Below are positions 37,753-50,379 of a DNA stretch of 64,000 nucleotides, piece by piece. Position numbers and translations under genes: made by a program. The notes beneath the pieces were generated by a model, which searched no databases, was not told the DNA's origin, and was given only the letters and a program-made list of their open reading frames with translations. Position 1 is the first letter of the stretch; the number at the start of each line of letters is the position of its first letter. This stretch comes from Mobula hypostoma (Eukaryota): positions 53,010,001 to 53,074,000 of the forward strand of contig NC_086106.1 in assembly GCF_963921235.1 (NCBI RefSeq), in the 5' to 3' direction.

Positions 37753-37828
37753 CAGTTATGCAAAAGTATATATATGCTATATATACTAGCTATATCTATA
37801 TATATCCAAGACTTTTTGCACAGTACTG
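37753..37828. mobile_element. Tc1-derived MITE remnant with (TA)-rich filler
   Basis: Right TIR aagactttttgcacagtactg+TA matches the TIR at 60464; degenerate left TIR cagttatgcaaaagt; follows a Rex-type tail (37683-37750). Confidence 0.65.
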
Positions 37829-39647
37829 TACTTACAGATGTAACATTGAGGAAGACTCGAGGTCTTCCATATCTCCTGCATCTTGCAGGAGGAGCAATCC
37901 TCTAACTTGGGATCCATTCTTACTATTCCAGCTAGGCACTAATTGAAAGAGAAACTTGATGGAAAGCTTATCTTAGCCTCTGCCTCTCTTCACCTAAGTT
38001 TCTTCAACTAAAGCCTCAATTCCCAACTCTGTCCAGTCACACTTTGGCCACTCCCATAATGGCGGCACCACTTAAACCTAACTTTTTGTTTGTCCTTGCT
38101 AATAATGCAAAAGATCTCAAGTTCTGTAGAAGGTCCTGACAGGCCCTGTTTGCTGCTTAGATCTGGGGTTAGTTTCCACAAGCGAAATCCAAGACTCAGT
38201 TTAATTGTAAGAGAGTCCACAATTAATGATTGGTATAGCAGCTAAAAATTACTTTTCTGATCCTAATTTTGTTCGGTGTTCTGAAAATCCATATTTTCCT
38301 ATCCAACATGCTTTTCATATAAAACCATTTTCATGACCCAGTTCTGAATTGTTTTTTGCATTACAGATTTCCCAGACCCCCCGCCCCGCAATATTCATTG
38401 CTTGATGCAAGTCTATATGGAAGATATTTCTGGATTTCAGACAGGTGATTTTATCATGGGCAAGCTTCTTGTTGTAAAAACATTTATTTCCTTTTAATTA
38501 TACTTTGGTCCATCAAATTAGTTATTGAAGCTGAATTTGGTGGGAGAAGAGAACAAGCATATGACTTTTAGTCCTTGAAAACCAGCTAAGCTTGGTTGAG
38601 CTGAGTATTAGCCACAAGAAAAACGGTCTTATGTTTCTGGAACAGCACATAGCAATCACGTTACTGAATCCATTTTGGCATATAGGTCTTCTGGTTTTCT
38701 GTGTAAGTGGTTGATATGGATAAAGCAACTTATCTTTACGAACCTGCTGATTAGTAGCATGCCATGTACTTCAGGTCACGGGATGTTTGCAACAAGAAAT
38801 AATATCCATCCAATCTTTTAGTTGCTTACCACTGTTTGATTGGGGTGTAGAGTTGTTATTTTGAGATAATTGCCTATATACAAAGTATATGTAATAGTTT
38901 CAGTGAATTTTCCAGTAATCAGAGTAGTTGCTTCTGTCTTTTTCTTGAAACTTAGTTTTCAGTAGCAGGTGTGACACCACTTGACTCTGGCTATTTTTTT
39001 GGTTATTTGTTATCACTGGAATTTTTGGTTATCACTAATCTGTTTATAAAATGACCATGACTAATTTTTCCCTTGTCTGTCTGTCTTCAAGAAATCTTAT
39101 GCTTCATTCTTGACTTCCGTACAACTTATGAATCACTAGCATCAGGATCCAATATCACCAATTATAACTTGGCCTTTAAACATCTTGAGTTTTGGGCAAT
39201 TGATGCCCACAATTTAAGGGTTAACTGTGATTATCAACTCCTTTCCCCAATGCAAATAAATCTTACAGAAATTGAAGGTGATATTCATTGACTGTACTAT
39301 GTACACACAAGCCTCTTTGTTTCTTGTTATGCCTTATGTAATAATAGTAACTAAAGAGGGTGCTTCCCAATTTAACCAATGTGGTTGGAACACCAAAGTC
39401 CTACAGGTTATTTTAAGAGTAACAAGATGGTAACAAAAGGTGTTGACTTTATTAGTTCTCCCCCCCATCCCTGCATTGTCACCAATTTAATAAGCTGCAA
39501 ATTGCGTTAATAAACAGAGAAACAGGTTTGAACTTTAATGTGTGTGATGTTGACTAGCACTCTAAATAATTATTAATGTTTGCTCAGAAAAGTTTTGGAG
39601 CAAAGTTTTCACCATTGCTGCAACAAAGCATCAGCCCCCTTCCTTTT

Positions 39648-39748
39648 CAGCCCTGAAGAAGGGTCTTAGCCCCAAACATTGTCTCTTCATTTCATAGATG
39701 CTGCCTCACCTGTTGCGTTCCTTCAGTATTTTGTGTGTGTTGCTCTGC
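39648..39748 (+). repeat. Penelope terminal-repeat fragment with decayed hammerhead core
   Basis: ctgaagaagggtcttagccccaaac...catagatgctgcct...tttgtgtgtgttgct, reverse complement of the 19530-19680 type. Confidence 0.7.
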
Positions 39749-40284
39749 ATTTTGGGAAAGAAATGGTTGAAAGACAAGTAATTGCAGAAATTTAAAGATG
39801 GCAATAGAAAATCTATTTAGGCCAGAAAGACATACACAATGGAAACAAACAGAAACAAAGTGCTATGTTCACAGGTTAGCTGTAGAACAAGCTTTTTATT
39901 TACGTTTGTTCTTGAGCAAAACAACAAAACATAAAATAAGTAGCAAGGAACTTTGTACAGAATGTACATTTTTTATAAAGTACTTCTAGTGTTTAATTGT
40001 TGCATTTATAGGTTAATATAACGACCTATTTTCAGAAATTAAACTTGTTTTAAAATGGAATAGTATGAAATTTATGCAAATTTCATTATCACTGAAGGAA
40101 ACTCTCCATTGTCAAAGTGAGTAGTATTGCATCGTATAGTATGTGACAACAAACATGTAATCCTGTAAATAGCATCCATATGAGCAATGTGCTAAGAAAT
40201 TGCTTTCCATATATTTCATGTCAATGTGCATAAAGCACATTTTTCAGGAAACAAAGTGGCAATTTACTATGTAGAGATTTATTA

Positions 40285-41125
40285 AAGGTTCAGAGGTCCA
40301 ATTTGATGTCAGAGAAACGTATACAATATACATCCTGAAATGCTTTTTCTTCGCAAACGTCCGCAAAAACAGAGAAGTGCCCCAAAGAATGAATGACGGT
40401 TAAACGTGAGAACCCCAAAGTCCCCTCCCCCCAGCTTCCCCCTCCTGTGCGTAAGCAAGCAACAATCTCCCCTCCCCCCACCGGCAAAAAAAATAAGCGT
40501 CAGCACCGCCACTGAGCGCTCAGGTGTAAGCAAAGCAACAGCAAAGACACAGACTTGCAGTTACCTCAAAGACTCTGCATTTCACTCGACATTCAACATA
40601 CCACAGGCTAATAACCTAATAACATACCACAACCTAATAAGGGTGAGGGAGATATCTCCATTTTCCAGTGAGCGGGGAGACATAACAAACAACGCTGGTT
40701 TACGATGTTAAAAAGTCCGTTATGTCGCTTTTTTCGAGCTCTGTGCCTGAAGATTGCAAAGATCCCAGGTCTTCAGGTACACAGCAGCAACAGATTTCCT
40801 GGCTGCCCCGATGACACACAGGTCTCCTGCCATGACACCGATCCTCAATCCGCTCATCTCCAGAGCCCTGAGATCTTAGGCTTCCAAATACGAGCCGGAC
40901 TCTCAGGCCGAACCCTTGGCATGCCAGACAACAGCCAGTCCTGAAACCCCAAGGACAGGTCCCATTCCTGCAAAGAACCAAAGTCAGTGTGTAACTCCAG
41001 GTCAGGGTCTTCTAAAAAATCCTGAAAGCAAAAAATAAAGATATTAAAGATGGAAATAGAGCTGTTTCCAAAGATGTAAGCAAAGGAGTCGCTGTTTAGC
41101 GCCAGTTTAACTCTGCCTCCGTCTC
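40285..41125 (-). mobile_element. Non-coding retroposon, probably non-autonomous with a Rex1-type tail
   Basis: Sharply bounded CpG-richer block; minus-strand start ggaggcagagttaaactggcgc, end ctgacatcaaattggacctctgaacctt; no recognisable ORF. Confidence 0.5.
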
Positions 41126-41184
41126 TGTTACATATATATTATGTCTGTAATCTCAATCTTGGTACCCTAATGAGTTTTTTGCAA

Positions 41185-41450
41185 TTGAGTCATATGGTTA
41201 TAGAATCATCCAACATGGAATACAAGCCCTTTGGCCCAACTCCTGTGCATGGACATAGATGTCTGTCTGAGGTAGTTCTATTTTCTTTTATTAGGCTCAT
41301 AACCCTCTTCTATCCATATGCTTGTCCAAATGTCTATTTTATTATTGTAATTGTTGTTACTTCTACAACTTCCTTTGGTAGCTTGTTCAATATACTCACC
41401 ACCCTCTGTGTGGGGGGAGAAAAGCTTGACTTTCAGGTCCTTTTTAAATC
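41185..41450 (-). mobile_element. CR1 3' tail fragment
   Basis: caacatggaatacaagccctttggcccaac...caccaccctctgtg...cacctta. Confidence 0.7.
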
Positions 41451-42214
41451 TTTTCCCTCTCACCTTAAACCTGCAGTGTGTCCTCTCAACCGGAGACTAA
41501 TTTTCCATGTATGGAGATTGTATTTGCTCACTGAGCTGTGGATAAGAAATGCTGCAGCACTACTGACTCTGTATCAGTGCAGCAAACGTTCAATTGTGTT
41601 CATTCATTGTTTCATTGCTTCTTCGATTAAGTACTCAGCATAGACATAGCCAAAGATAATTTGTTGGAAAATCCCTCTGATCCCCTACTTTTTGGCTGAA
41701 GTTGTCAGCCAAATGCTAGATATTTGACGAATATTCGCAGATAGTTTGCTTTAGTTTATTTTGGGATTTGCATAGCTTCTCAGTGTTGAATCAATGGGTC
41801 ATAACATTTGTGACAACAATTGAATTACCTTTTGATGCATATTAGATTACACCAAGGCCTTGATTCCCTAAAACCATTCTTATCATTATTAGACTAGCTT
41901 CAGCAGAGTGCTGTGCTCATTGCCTACTAATGACTGGCAGTGTAACGAGTATGATATCCTAAATGTTTCTGTCTTTCAGATAAGCCTCCCATTTTTGAAT
42001 GAAAGCTAGTGGAACTGATCACTATTTCAACAATTGGTTGGAGCCTTTTATGGAAAAGATATGCCTTGAGTTATTTTTGTGATCTCTAGAAGAACATCCT
42101 GTGCCCCCAAAATAATGTAGGTTACAGTTTTCATGGATCTTTGCTTTCTCATTATTTTCATTTATTTTCCTTGTTACTTTGTTATGTATTGTATTATGTT
42201 ATGACCTTGTTATG

Positions 42215-42454
42215 TGTTAGGCACGTGGCCAAGTGGTTAAGGCGTTCGTCTAGTGATCTCAAGATCGCTGGTTCAAGCCTCAGCTGTGGCAGTGTGTTTG
42301 TGTCCTTGAGCAAGGCACTTAACCACACATTGCTCTAGTGTCTGTGCGAGGAGTGGTGCCCCACACAGACTTCCAATCTGCGCCTTGTAAGGCATGAAAA
42401 TGCCCGATGCAGACCTCCAGGCCTCTCATGGTCTGAGTCAACGTTCCCTCCCTT
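42215..42454 (+). mobile_element. tRNA-derived CORE-type SINE
   Basis: A box tggccaagtgg; B box ggttcaagcc; CORE-like gtgtccttgagcaaggcacttaacc; 10-bp TSD ccttgttatg (42205-42214, 42455-42464). Confidence 0.85.
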
Positions 42455-42739
42455 CCTTGTTATGGGCAAAGCTGTAAGATTATCTCTGATTGGATAAGAT
42501 TTGCGTGCAGATCACCTGAAGAATTTTCAAGGTCAGCACTTATTTGTGCTAGAATGGTCAACCAATTCAAAGTCAAAATTCATTCTGTCTGTCTGTTCAG
42601 ATCATTTGTACAATAGTGTGTTGATTTAATGCATTTACTAATACTGCCAACTGGTAGCTGCCCTTTTTTTTTTATAGCAGTTGCATTGCAGAGGCTCTCT
42701 TACTAATTTTTCTTGTAAACTCAGAAAGAGGAGACTTAA

Positions 42740-42940
42740 ACAACAGGAATTCTGCAGATGCTGGAAATTCAAGCAACACACATAAAAGTTGCTGGTGAAT
42801 GCAGCAGGCCAGGCAGCATCTCTAGGAAGAGGTGCAGTCGACGTTTCAGGCCGAGAGGACGAAGGGTCTCGGCCTGAAATGTTGACTGCACCTCTTCCTA
42901 GAGATGCTGCCTGGCCTGCTGCGTTCACCAGCAACTTTTA
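42740..42940. mobile_element. Palindromic Penelope-terminus insertion (74-bp inverted arms)
   Basis: Arms 42783-42856 and 42867-42940 with 3 mismatches; TSD agaggagacttaa (42727-42739, 42941-42953). Confidence 0.9.
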
Positions 42941-44405
42941 AGAGGAGACTTAACCAGGTTTACTAAGCAAGGTGCCTTTCTTGGTATGCTGATTGAAATT
43001 TGAATTTCAGCTATTTGTGTTGGTGGATCTGATTTTTTTTCTCTTACCTTCGGATGAGTCCAGAAGAATTATTGTCGAGAATGGGAAGTACTAAAGCCGT
43101 GCATTTGTGGTCATTATCTTATTGTTTGAATTCATGATAGATGGCATCATGGAATGTGCACATTTGAAGTTTGATGTAAATCGTGGAAAATGATCCTTCT
43201 GTTACTTTTGCTGTACCTGTAGTAATTGTTTCCCTGCCTAAGAATTCTCTCTAAACTTCTCTTGCTTTCTCATATAGCTTGTTACTTATCTCTTTGGCCA
43301 AGCACTAGGGTATCCATCTTCCTGTCTCACTATATGGTTCAGTGTTAAATTTTGCCTGATTACACATAGGCAAAGTAGATTGAGATGGTTTATCATATAG
43401 TTTGTTCAGTTGAGAAAAATAGATCTATTTTGTGGTCAGGCAACAGTATGCCTAGATGTTAAAATACAGAATTATAAGTAAAAACTGAAAACTAACATTT
43501 CCAGCACAAGACCATTCATCAGAACAGTTCTGACAGACTAAGGACTTGATGTTGACTCTTGCTTCTTTGTCCAAATATGGTGTTTCAACTGATGGGCATC
43601 AGCAACCTTTGTAGATTATATTTTGTATTTTACTCATACTTTGTGTGTCTGTAGATCTACAAACAGACTTAATATTGCCTTTAAAAACAAACTCCTTTAA
43701 AGCAAGCTCTAGCTGAAAGCAAATTTCTGAAAACAAAACGCAGATCCAAATCTTTTCCATGGAGTCATGATTAACAAATCTTAAATCATGATGCAATAGT
43801 TTTGCCAAGGCACTGATTTCCTTGTGGATAGTAGTAAGAGTTGAAGTTGTTGTTTTGTTGAGACCATTTTTTATGTTTTTTTTATCTCTTCACGATTGCC
43901 CTGGGTAGAACTTGCAGCAATTCTAGTGGAAAGTCATGAGGAGTAATCTTTTTTTTCCCCCTCAATCTGCGTTATATTCTTTTGTTTCTTTTGTTCAGAA
44001 AAAATGTTGGAGACTAAAAGCTGTTGACAGCCTGTTTGCCTTGAGATTATCAACCTGCTGGATAACTAGTTGCAGGAAAGGAGGCGGGTCGGTAATGTGA
44101 TGATAGCTCTAGAAATGTGTAAAGTTGGTAAACTGTAACCTGGTTTAAGACATGATTATATTCTATACTTCTTCGGAGCAAGCATAGTTTGTAATTGTAG
44201 CTATGAATTAAGGTATTTCAGTGTGTATATCATCAAGAATTTTAATTCTTTACAGTGTCTCTGAAATTCAAATCTCTGGGTTGCGCAGTTAGCTTGCTGC
44301 TAAGGGAGTTATACTCTTACCAATAAGTTGAGCTGATGAGGACAAAATTAGTTGGTAAAAAGGATGCATTAATAGAAAGAATATTTCTAATTGAAATGAG
44401 AAATT

Positions 44406-44617
44406 GCATGGTAGCCTGGTGGTTAGCACAAAGCTTTGTAGTGCAGGGTTCAATTCTGTTGCTGCCTGGAAGAAGTTTATATGTTCTCCCCATAACCACG
44501 TCGGTTTCCTCTGGGTGCTCTGGTTTCCTCCCACAGTCCAAAGGTGTACTGGTTGCTGGCTGGCACGGCTCGAAGAGCAGGAAGGGCCTGTTCTGTGCTG
44601 TACCTGAATGAATAAAA
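44406..44617 (+). mobile_element. tRNA-derived V-SINE (HE1-like)
   Basis: ggtagcctggtggttagc A box; gggttcaattc B box; V-domain ggtttcctctgggtgctctggtttcctcccacagtccaaag; tail gaagggcctgttctgtgctgta. Confidence 0.85.
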
Positions 44618-45344
44618 TTTCCAGTATAGTCTATGTAGATGCAATATGTGAGGTGTTGCTTCACTGTTGGTTATTTCTAGAGTTGTATATAGTAGAATAA
44701 CTTGGGATGCAAGGAAATGAAACGTTCTTCTTCAAAACCGGTGTGAGTTTTGTGTACATGGTTTATTTTTGTCCCAAATATTGTTTTTGCACCTGCTGTA
44801 GTCATCAGAGCAAAACAGAAATCATAAAACCTTTAAGACAGTTATCTTTGAAGTGCTTGTGCGTTGATGCAGAAAGCAACAGGGGATCATTAAGCATCAA
44901 GGAAACTAATTCAGGCTTTGCCTGATGACATTTCTTTTATATTGAAGAAGCAGTTCTGCTAAGGGGAAATAAACAGGTACAGATATAAACTGGCTCACTG
45001 CAGCATCCTAACTTTAAAACTGGATAAGTAATTTGGTTAAAATTTGCAGGAATACCATTGTTTAAGGGAAAATGAGAAAGTACATATGAGGTTTCAAAGT
45101 TGGATATCAGTGGCCTAGTATTTCAATTTGATCAGCAGCGCAATTCATTGTTAATTCAATTTATAAAGAACCCAATTTACCTGCAGTTAGTCAGTACCCT
45201 TTAAGTGATGTGGAATACAAACAGAATTCTAGAGCTTAGAGCACAAGTGGAGACCACTTAGGTTTAGTTTTTTTCATCAAGTTTACTAGCTCTGTTTCTT
45301 CCTCTGATTTTCCCTTAAAAGGTTTTTAAGAAATGTATTCAGTC

Positions 45345-47300
45345 ACAGGATATAGGCATCACTGGCATGTCTGTCTTCAGTTGGCTGTCCCAATTAGCTT
45401 CTAGATTGAGTGGCTGGTATGTACCTACAGTGAGTTCCTTTATTTATTGGTCAGTCAAGGAGCAATGTCTGAAATATCACATTGTTAATATTATTGATTG
45501 GGACAGTCTTGTCCCTATGGAAGGCAGTTGGAAAGTATATTTCACCACATCAAGTTGTATATTCCAGTATTGCATTCAGCTCTGCAGTACATCTCAAGTG
45601 GTTGACTCAGAAAGACATGAAAGTGATTGTAAAAACACAAGCTAACATTTTGCTGAAACCACTTTGAGATGCTGTTACTTGTCAGCATCCCTTAGCAGTG
45701 CTGTAGTCTTGCGCTATTCATATTTCAAATACTAACCAGGTCATCAATGCAAGCTTGTCAATGGAGCCATCATGGTATGGTGGAGAAAAAATGTATCTGT
45801 GTCACTGCATTTCCCATGTGCTTTGACCAGGTTAGATTCTGACTGTGGTGTATCACTAGACTACAGAGGTACTGGTGGAAAGGGGAGGCTAGGTGATACT
45901 TACAAGGGCAACAACCAGTTTTGCTGTAGTTACACAAAATGAGGATCATGATATGAAGCACTTATAGGCAAGTATACATGTTGAATTGATTAGAGCATCA
46001 TCTAGTGCCTGAGAGCATGCACAGACGCTGAAACTCGTGGTTTTTGGCATATTTGGTGACCATTTCTGTAATGACACTCACAGATCCATTGATCATGCCG
46101 CCTGTGGTAGAAGCTTGCACTGGAAAAAGAATGGAAGCTCCCCAGCATTTGGTAGATGCAATGGAAGTTCTACTTACTGCCATCTAAATTTCTTGCCTTA
46201 TTGATTCTGTGACTTTCAGTGTCTTTGAAACAAAAATGACAGACAGATTGTGGTTTGATCTTCAGCAAATTGTTGGCCAGTTTATACACAGCTGCAGTGA
46301 CTCTGTGGAAAAGGAAATGTTACCCCTCTGCCACTTTGTCAATGCCCTCGCAATTGCCTGTTGTATAGATTGCTGCTCTTGGTGAGCGAATACAGCTGGA
46401 GCCACAATTACTTGGATTCACCCATGATGTCTTGACCCATCTGCTAGCTTGACTGCAGACGGGGGGTGAGAACAGTGTATCATCAATAGTCAAGCAAAAT
46501 TGAGCCCCAAGAGAATTCATAAGAATGACTGGGCAGTGATTATAGTTAAATTTCTCATTCCTTTCACTATATCAAAGATTATTCATCGTCTTCAGAGCTG
46601 CACTTGTTAGTAGTAGAGAAGTGTGTTCAGTTTTTTTTGAACTGTAATGAACTTGACCTGATATGAGCTTTGCAAATGGTTTAATAGCTTTGCATTGGTG
46701 CAAGTGGAGCATCTGACTGGGCATTTACATGCAACCACAGTAATTAGTGAATTGAGAGATACTGGCAATTTTCTGATTAGTGGTAATTTTGGGATTTTTT
46801 TTATTGGGAGAATGAGTAATGGTATTGAACATTGGTGGAAATGGAGAATCTTCCATGCTGCAGATGTCATCACAATGCCTTTGTGTAATGTGATGGTAAT
46901 TAGTTACTAATTAGTCCAAATGTTCGCAAGGTCTTGCTGAATTTGGGCAAAAATTGTGTCACTGTTCCCGTTGCTGGTTAAGTAGGGTCATCAAATGAAA
47001 CTTAACATTAGGAAGGCAGTGTTAACACTATGCCTGGAACAGACCATACTGTAACCTACCTATTGTCTTCCTCATACATTGACTCTTGAACAGGGAGCAC
47101 TTGATCACAGTTCTTAAAGAATCTCAGGGTTTGCATTTGTGCTCTGAGCACTGTATGAGTATAACCAATGAGCCTATAGACTTTTTGGAAGGTTGCAATA
47201 CTGGCAATGTCTTCTGCTTTACTCCAGTATAATAAGATAGAATCCCTTTGTGTAGAGATTATCCTTGATGCCTTGCAGTCGTATGCTGTAAATTTGGACA
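45345..47300 (-). mobile_element. Highly degraded ancient LINE (CR1/L2-like) remnants
   Basis: Faint resemblance to a reverse LINE 3' end at 45345-45470 and scattered ORF2-like fragments; no intact motif. Confidence 0.3.
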
Positions 47301-48449
47301 AGCAGAGCATATATCATCCACTGCTGTCTGGAGTTTTACTGAAGTTCACAAGTTCATGGTGATACTAACTTTCATCTCTAAAGACAGATAAATGCAAACA
47401 GATAGCTAACAAATCTGACAGAGAAAACTTTGCCTTTCGATTCAGTTAGAGGTGGAATTTGTCTCCCGAAAAAATCCCAGGCAGATTTCTTCTTGCTTTT
47501 TCTATCAAATTGATCGTGTCTTTTGTCCCCGTTTCTGATCCTTACCATACTTCCATTGTGTAGTAAAAAAAAGGCCACCTTAACCTCAGCCCTCACAAGC
47601 CTTCTAAGGCTTTTCAAATGCAGAATTCATCCATATTGAATGCAATGAGCTCTTTTCTAAATTATTCCCCCCCCCCAATAAAACTGCAAGCAATTAATGA
47701 TCCCACTATAGGGCTTGAACTCTCTGTGATCATTCAATAGCATATTAAACTATGTTTCTAGTTCCATAGATGCTGCCTAATCTCTGATCTCCAGCATTTT
47801 TATTTTTATCTCTGCTGTTGACATTATATGAATAGTGTATCCATTTTCTGTGAGGTGTCAAGTGGATGATTAACGTGCATTGACATTCCTCCCTGTACTG
47901 CATGCATACTTTGTGCGTCAACGTAACGTGCACACAAGTGTACAGTCAAAGTTATATTCTATCGCTAGAAATTCCCAGTATAATTTGGGATCAGTTTTTT
48001 AATTTAATCCAATCATGTTGTGGATAATAAATGCGTACCAGATGAATGGATTTCTTATGTTTTGAATTCCCTCCTTAGTGCTTGTCTGCAGCCAGATTTT
48101 AAAAATGTCAGTAAGACAGATTCCCACTGGCACTTTAGTCAAGGAAATGTTGTTGAGGTATCCAGGCTTAAAAAAAATGAAAATGGTGCTTTGCAGGGGA
48201 ATATTAGTGCTGATTTGTTTTCTATATACTCATTGGACTATTGAAACACAGAATAGAAACCTTTATTTACATGTTGTTAAGAAATGAGTTTAATTGTTCA
48301 TCAAAATACATAATGGAACATCAAATTTATTGGTTCAGTGCTGGCATTGTTTCACTAGTCATGTTGTATTAATCTATCTGTGGAAGAATGGATTTGACCA
48401 TGGGGAGAATAATAATAGGAGAATTAGTATAGAGAATGAAGAATTTTAT

Positions 48450-49040
48450 TTTTGCTACCCCTGATGATCCCTTTAATGCCACTGCCATGTCTCTTTCCAC
48501 TGCCACCACTACCCTGGCAGCACGCTCCAGCCGCCGACTATTCTCTGTGGGGGGGGGGATCCTTTTCTTATGCGGCTCCTTTAAATTTTCTTCTTTTTAT
48601 CCTAGAATACTCCCCTTGAGCATTTGACATTTCTGCCCTATGGGGGAAAAGGTTCCTCCACCCTCTACCCAGCTTCTGATGCTCCAGAGAAAACAATCCA
48701 AGTTTGTAAAACGGCTCCTTATAGTTCATACTCTCTGATCCGGGCAGCATCCTGATGAACCGTTTCTTGACCCTCTCCAATTTGACAGAGACCATGTAAA
48801 CAACATCTGCTTATCAGTTGTGTATGTCACTTCTTCAAAGAACTCAGTCAAGTTTGTAAGGGATGACCCGCCCTACACAAAGCCATGCCAATTGTCCCTG
48901 ATAATCACATGCATTTCCAAATGTGAGAAATCCCATCCCTTGGAATCCCCTCCAGTAGCTTCCCTATCAATGACGTGAGGCTCACTGTCCTATAGTTTCC
49001 TGAGTTATCCCTAGCACCCTTTGTAAAGAAAGGAGTAGTG
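48450..49040 (-). mobile_element. CR1 fragments
   Basis: KLERVKKRFIRMLPG..KLGLFSLE; ccctacacaaagccatgc and gtgaggctcactgtcctatagtttcctg (reverse of NYRxVSLTS). Confidence 0.8.
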
Positions 49041-50379
49041 CTGTCTGCTCTTCATGGCAGAATGTTTAGCATATCTCCATAAATATTGACATGTATGATG
49101 TTTAAGTTGTTTTTGGGTTTATGGTGCTCATGGTACATCTGAAATCTTCTTGTCTAGTATTTCCTGGTTTCCTTCATTTTATTGATAGCTGTCATTGTGG
49201 TTCCGATGTACAAGTTCATACATTTCTCAGTATTAAATATAACCAATGTCAATGTTGAGCATAACTTTTGAAAACAAGTTAAGAATTTCACTAATGTTGT
49301 TGCAGGTGTTCATTTGTGTGGTTAAAGCAATGTAAATCTCAGAAACATAGGCCAGCTGTCTTGTTAATTAAAATATTTTGAAATCGTAAAAAGAAAAACA
49401 TTTCTGAAGTCTTTTCATAAAATTCAATTTGGTTAAATTTTGGAAGGATTATCATTTACATTGGAATCTTTTGTTGTGTAACAGAATTCTTGAAGAAGAA
49501 TGAGATCACAGATGGCTTGATGATAGACAGTTTAGCAGAACATTTCAAAGGCCTTTGAAGAGCTGGAAACTAAGTAGCAAGTTTGTTAAATTTTATAGGA
49601 GTTAAAATAAAAAATTCCCAGCAATAAATGAAGTAATCATCAAAATTGTTGGAATTTACATAATCTTGAATAGCATATAATTTAAGCAATATAAGTAATA
49701 CAATAAATGAAATGGCTAAAATTGCAGATTGTGTTTTGTTATTTTGTGCAATAACACATCTTGGAACATGCAATGGACTGAATTGGTACTCTTTTAATTG
49801 AAATGAAAAGCAGGTGAGCCAAGGCTTTTGTGTGTTGTCTGACCAGTCTCTCAGTTGTCCAGTACGCATCTTCATTCTAACAATCTCCTGTAGAGTTCAA
49901 TGCCCTGGTGAAATAATTTGGCTCTTATGTCTGCAGCCAGCACTTGGCTACTGGTGGATGTTGAGTTATTGCATTTGAATGACAATGATGGGAGCTGACC
50001 ATCAGACCCAGGCTATTTCATCTTAATCCTGGGTTTTGGAGTTAGATAATGGAGGAGCAAAATTGATTTTATTTTGTGATGTGGGGCGGGGGGGGGGCAA
50101 TCATCTGCACAAAATGATAGTGAGACCACAGGGCGAGAGAGGTACTTATTGGAAGTGCTCTGATGGGCATCTCTGGATATTGCAAAGCAATTTATTTTTT
50201 TAAACCAGCCAAGCAGTTCACAAGGAATCCAGGGAAAGTTCTTATGGCAAACACAGGCACGAGTTTGAGTAGCTATCAAAGCTTTCCTGGGTTGGAGCCA
50301 TGTTATTATTGCTAGAAAGCTCCTGGCTGTGCAGGCCTTATCGATCACTGGGGCTAGCCTCCCCTTCAAAGAATATATC

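Noticed and set aside
39648-39680. Second functional hammerhead
   Set aside because: GAAA box mutated to CAAA and the GUC cleavage triplet is lost.
42219-42292. tRNA gene
   Set aside because: Has A and B boxes but no convincing acceptor stem or poly-T terminator; runs into a SINE body flanked by a TSD.
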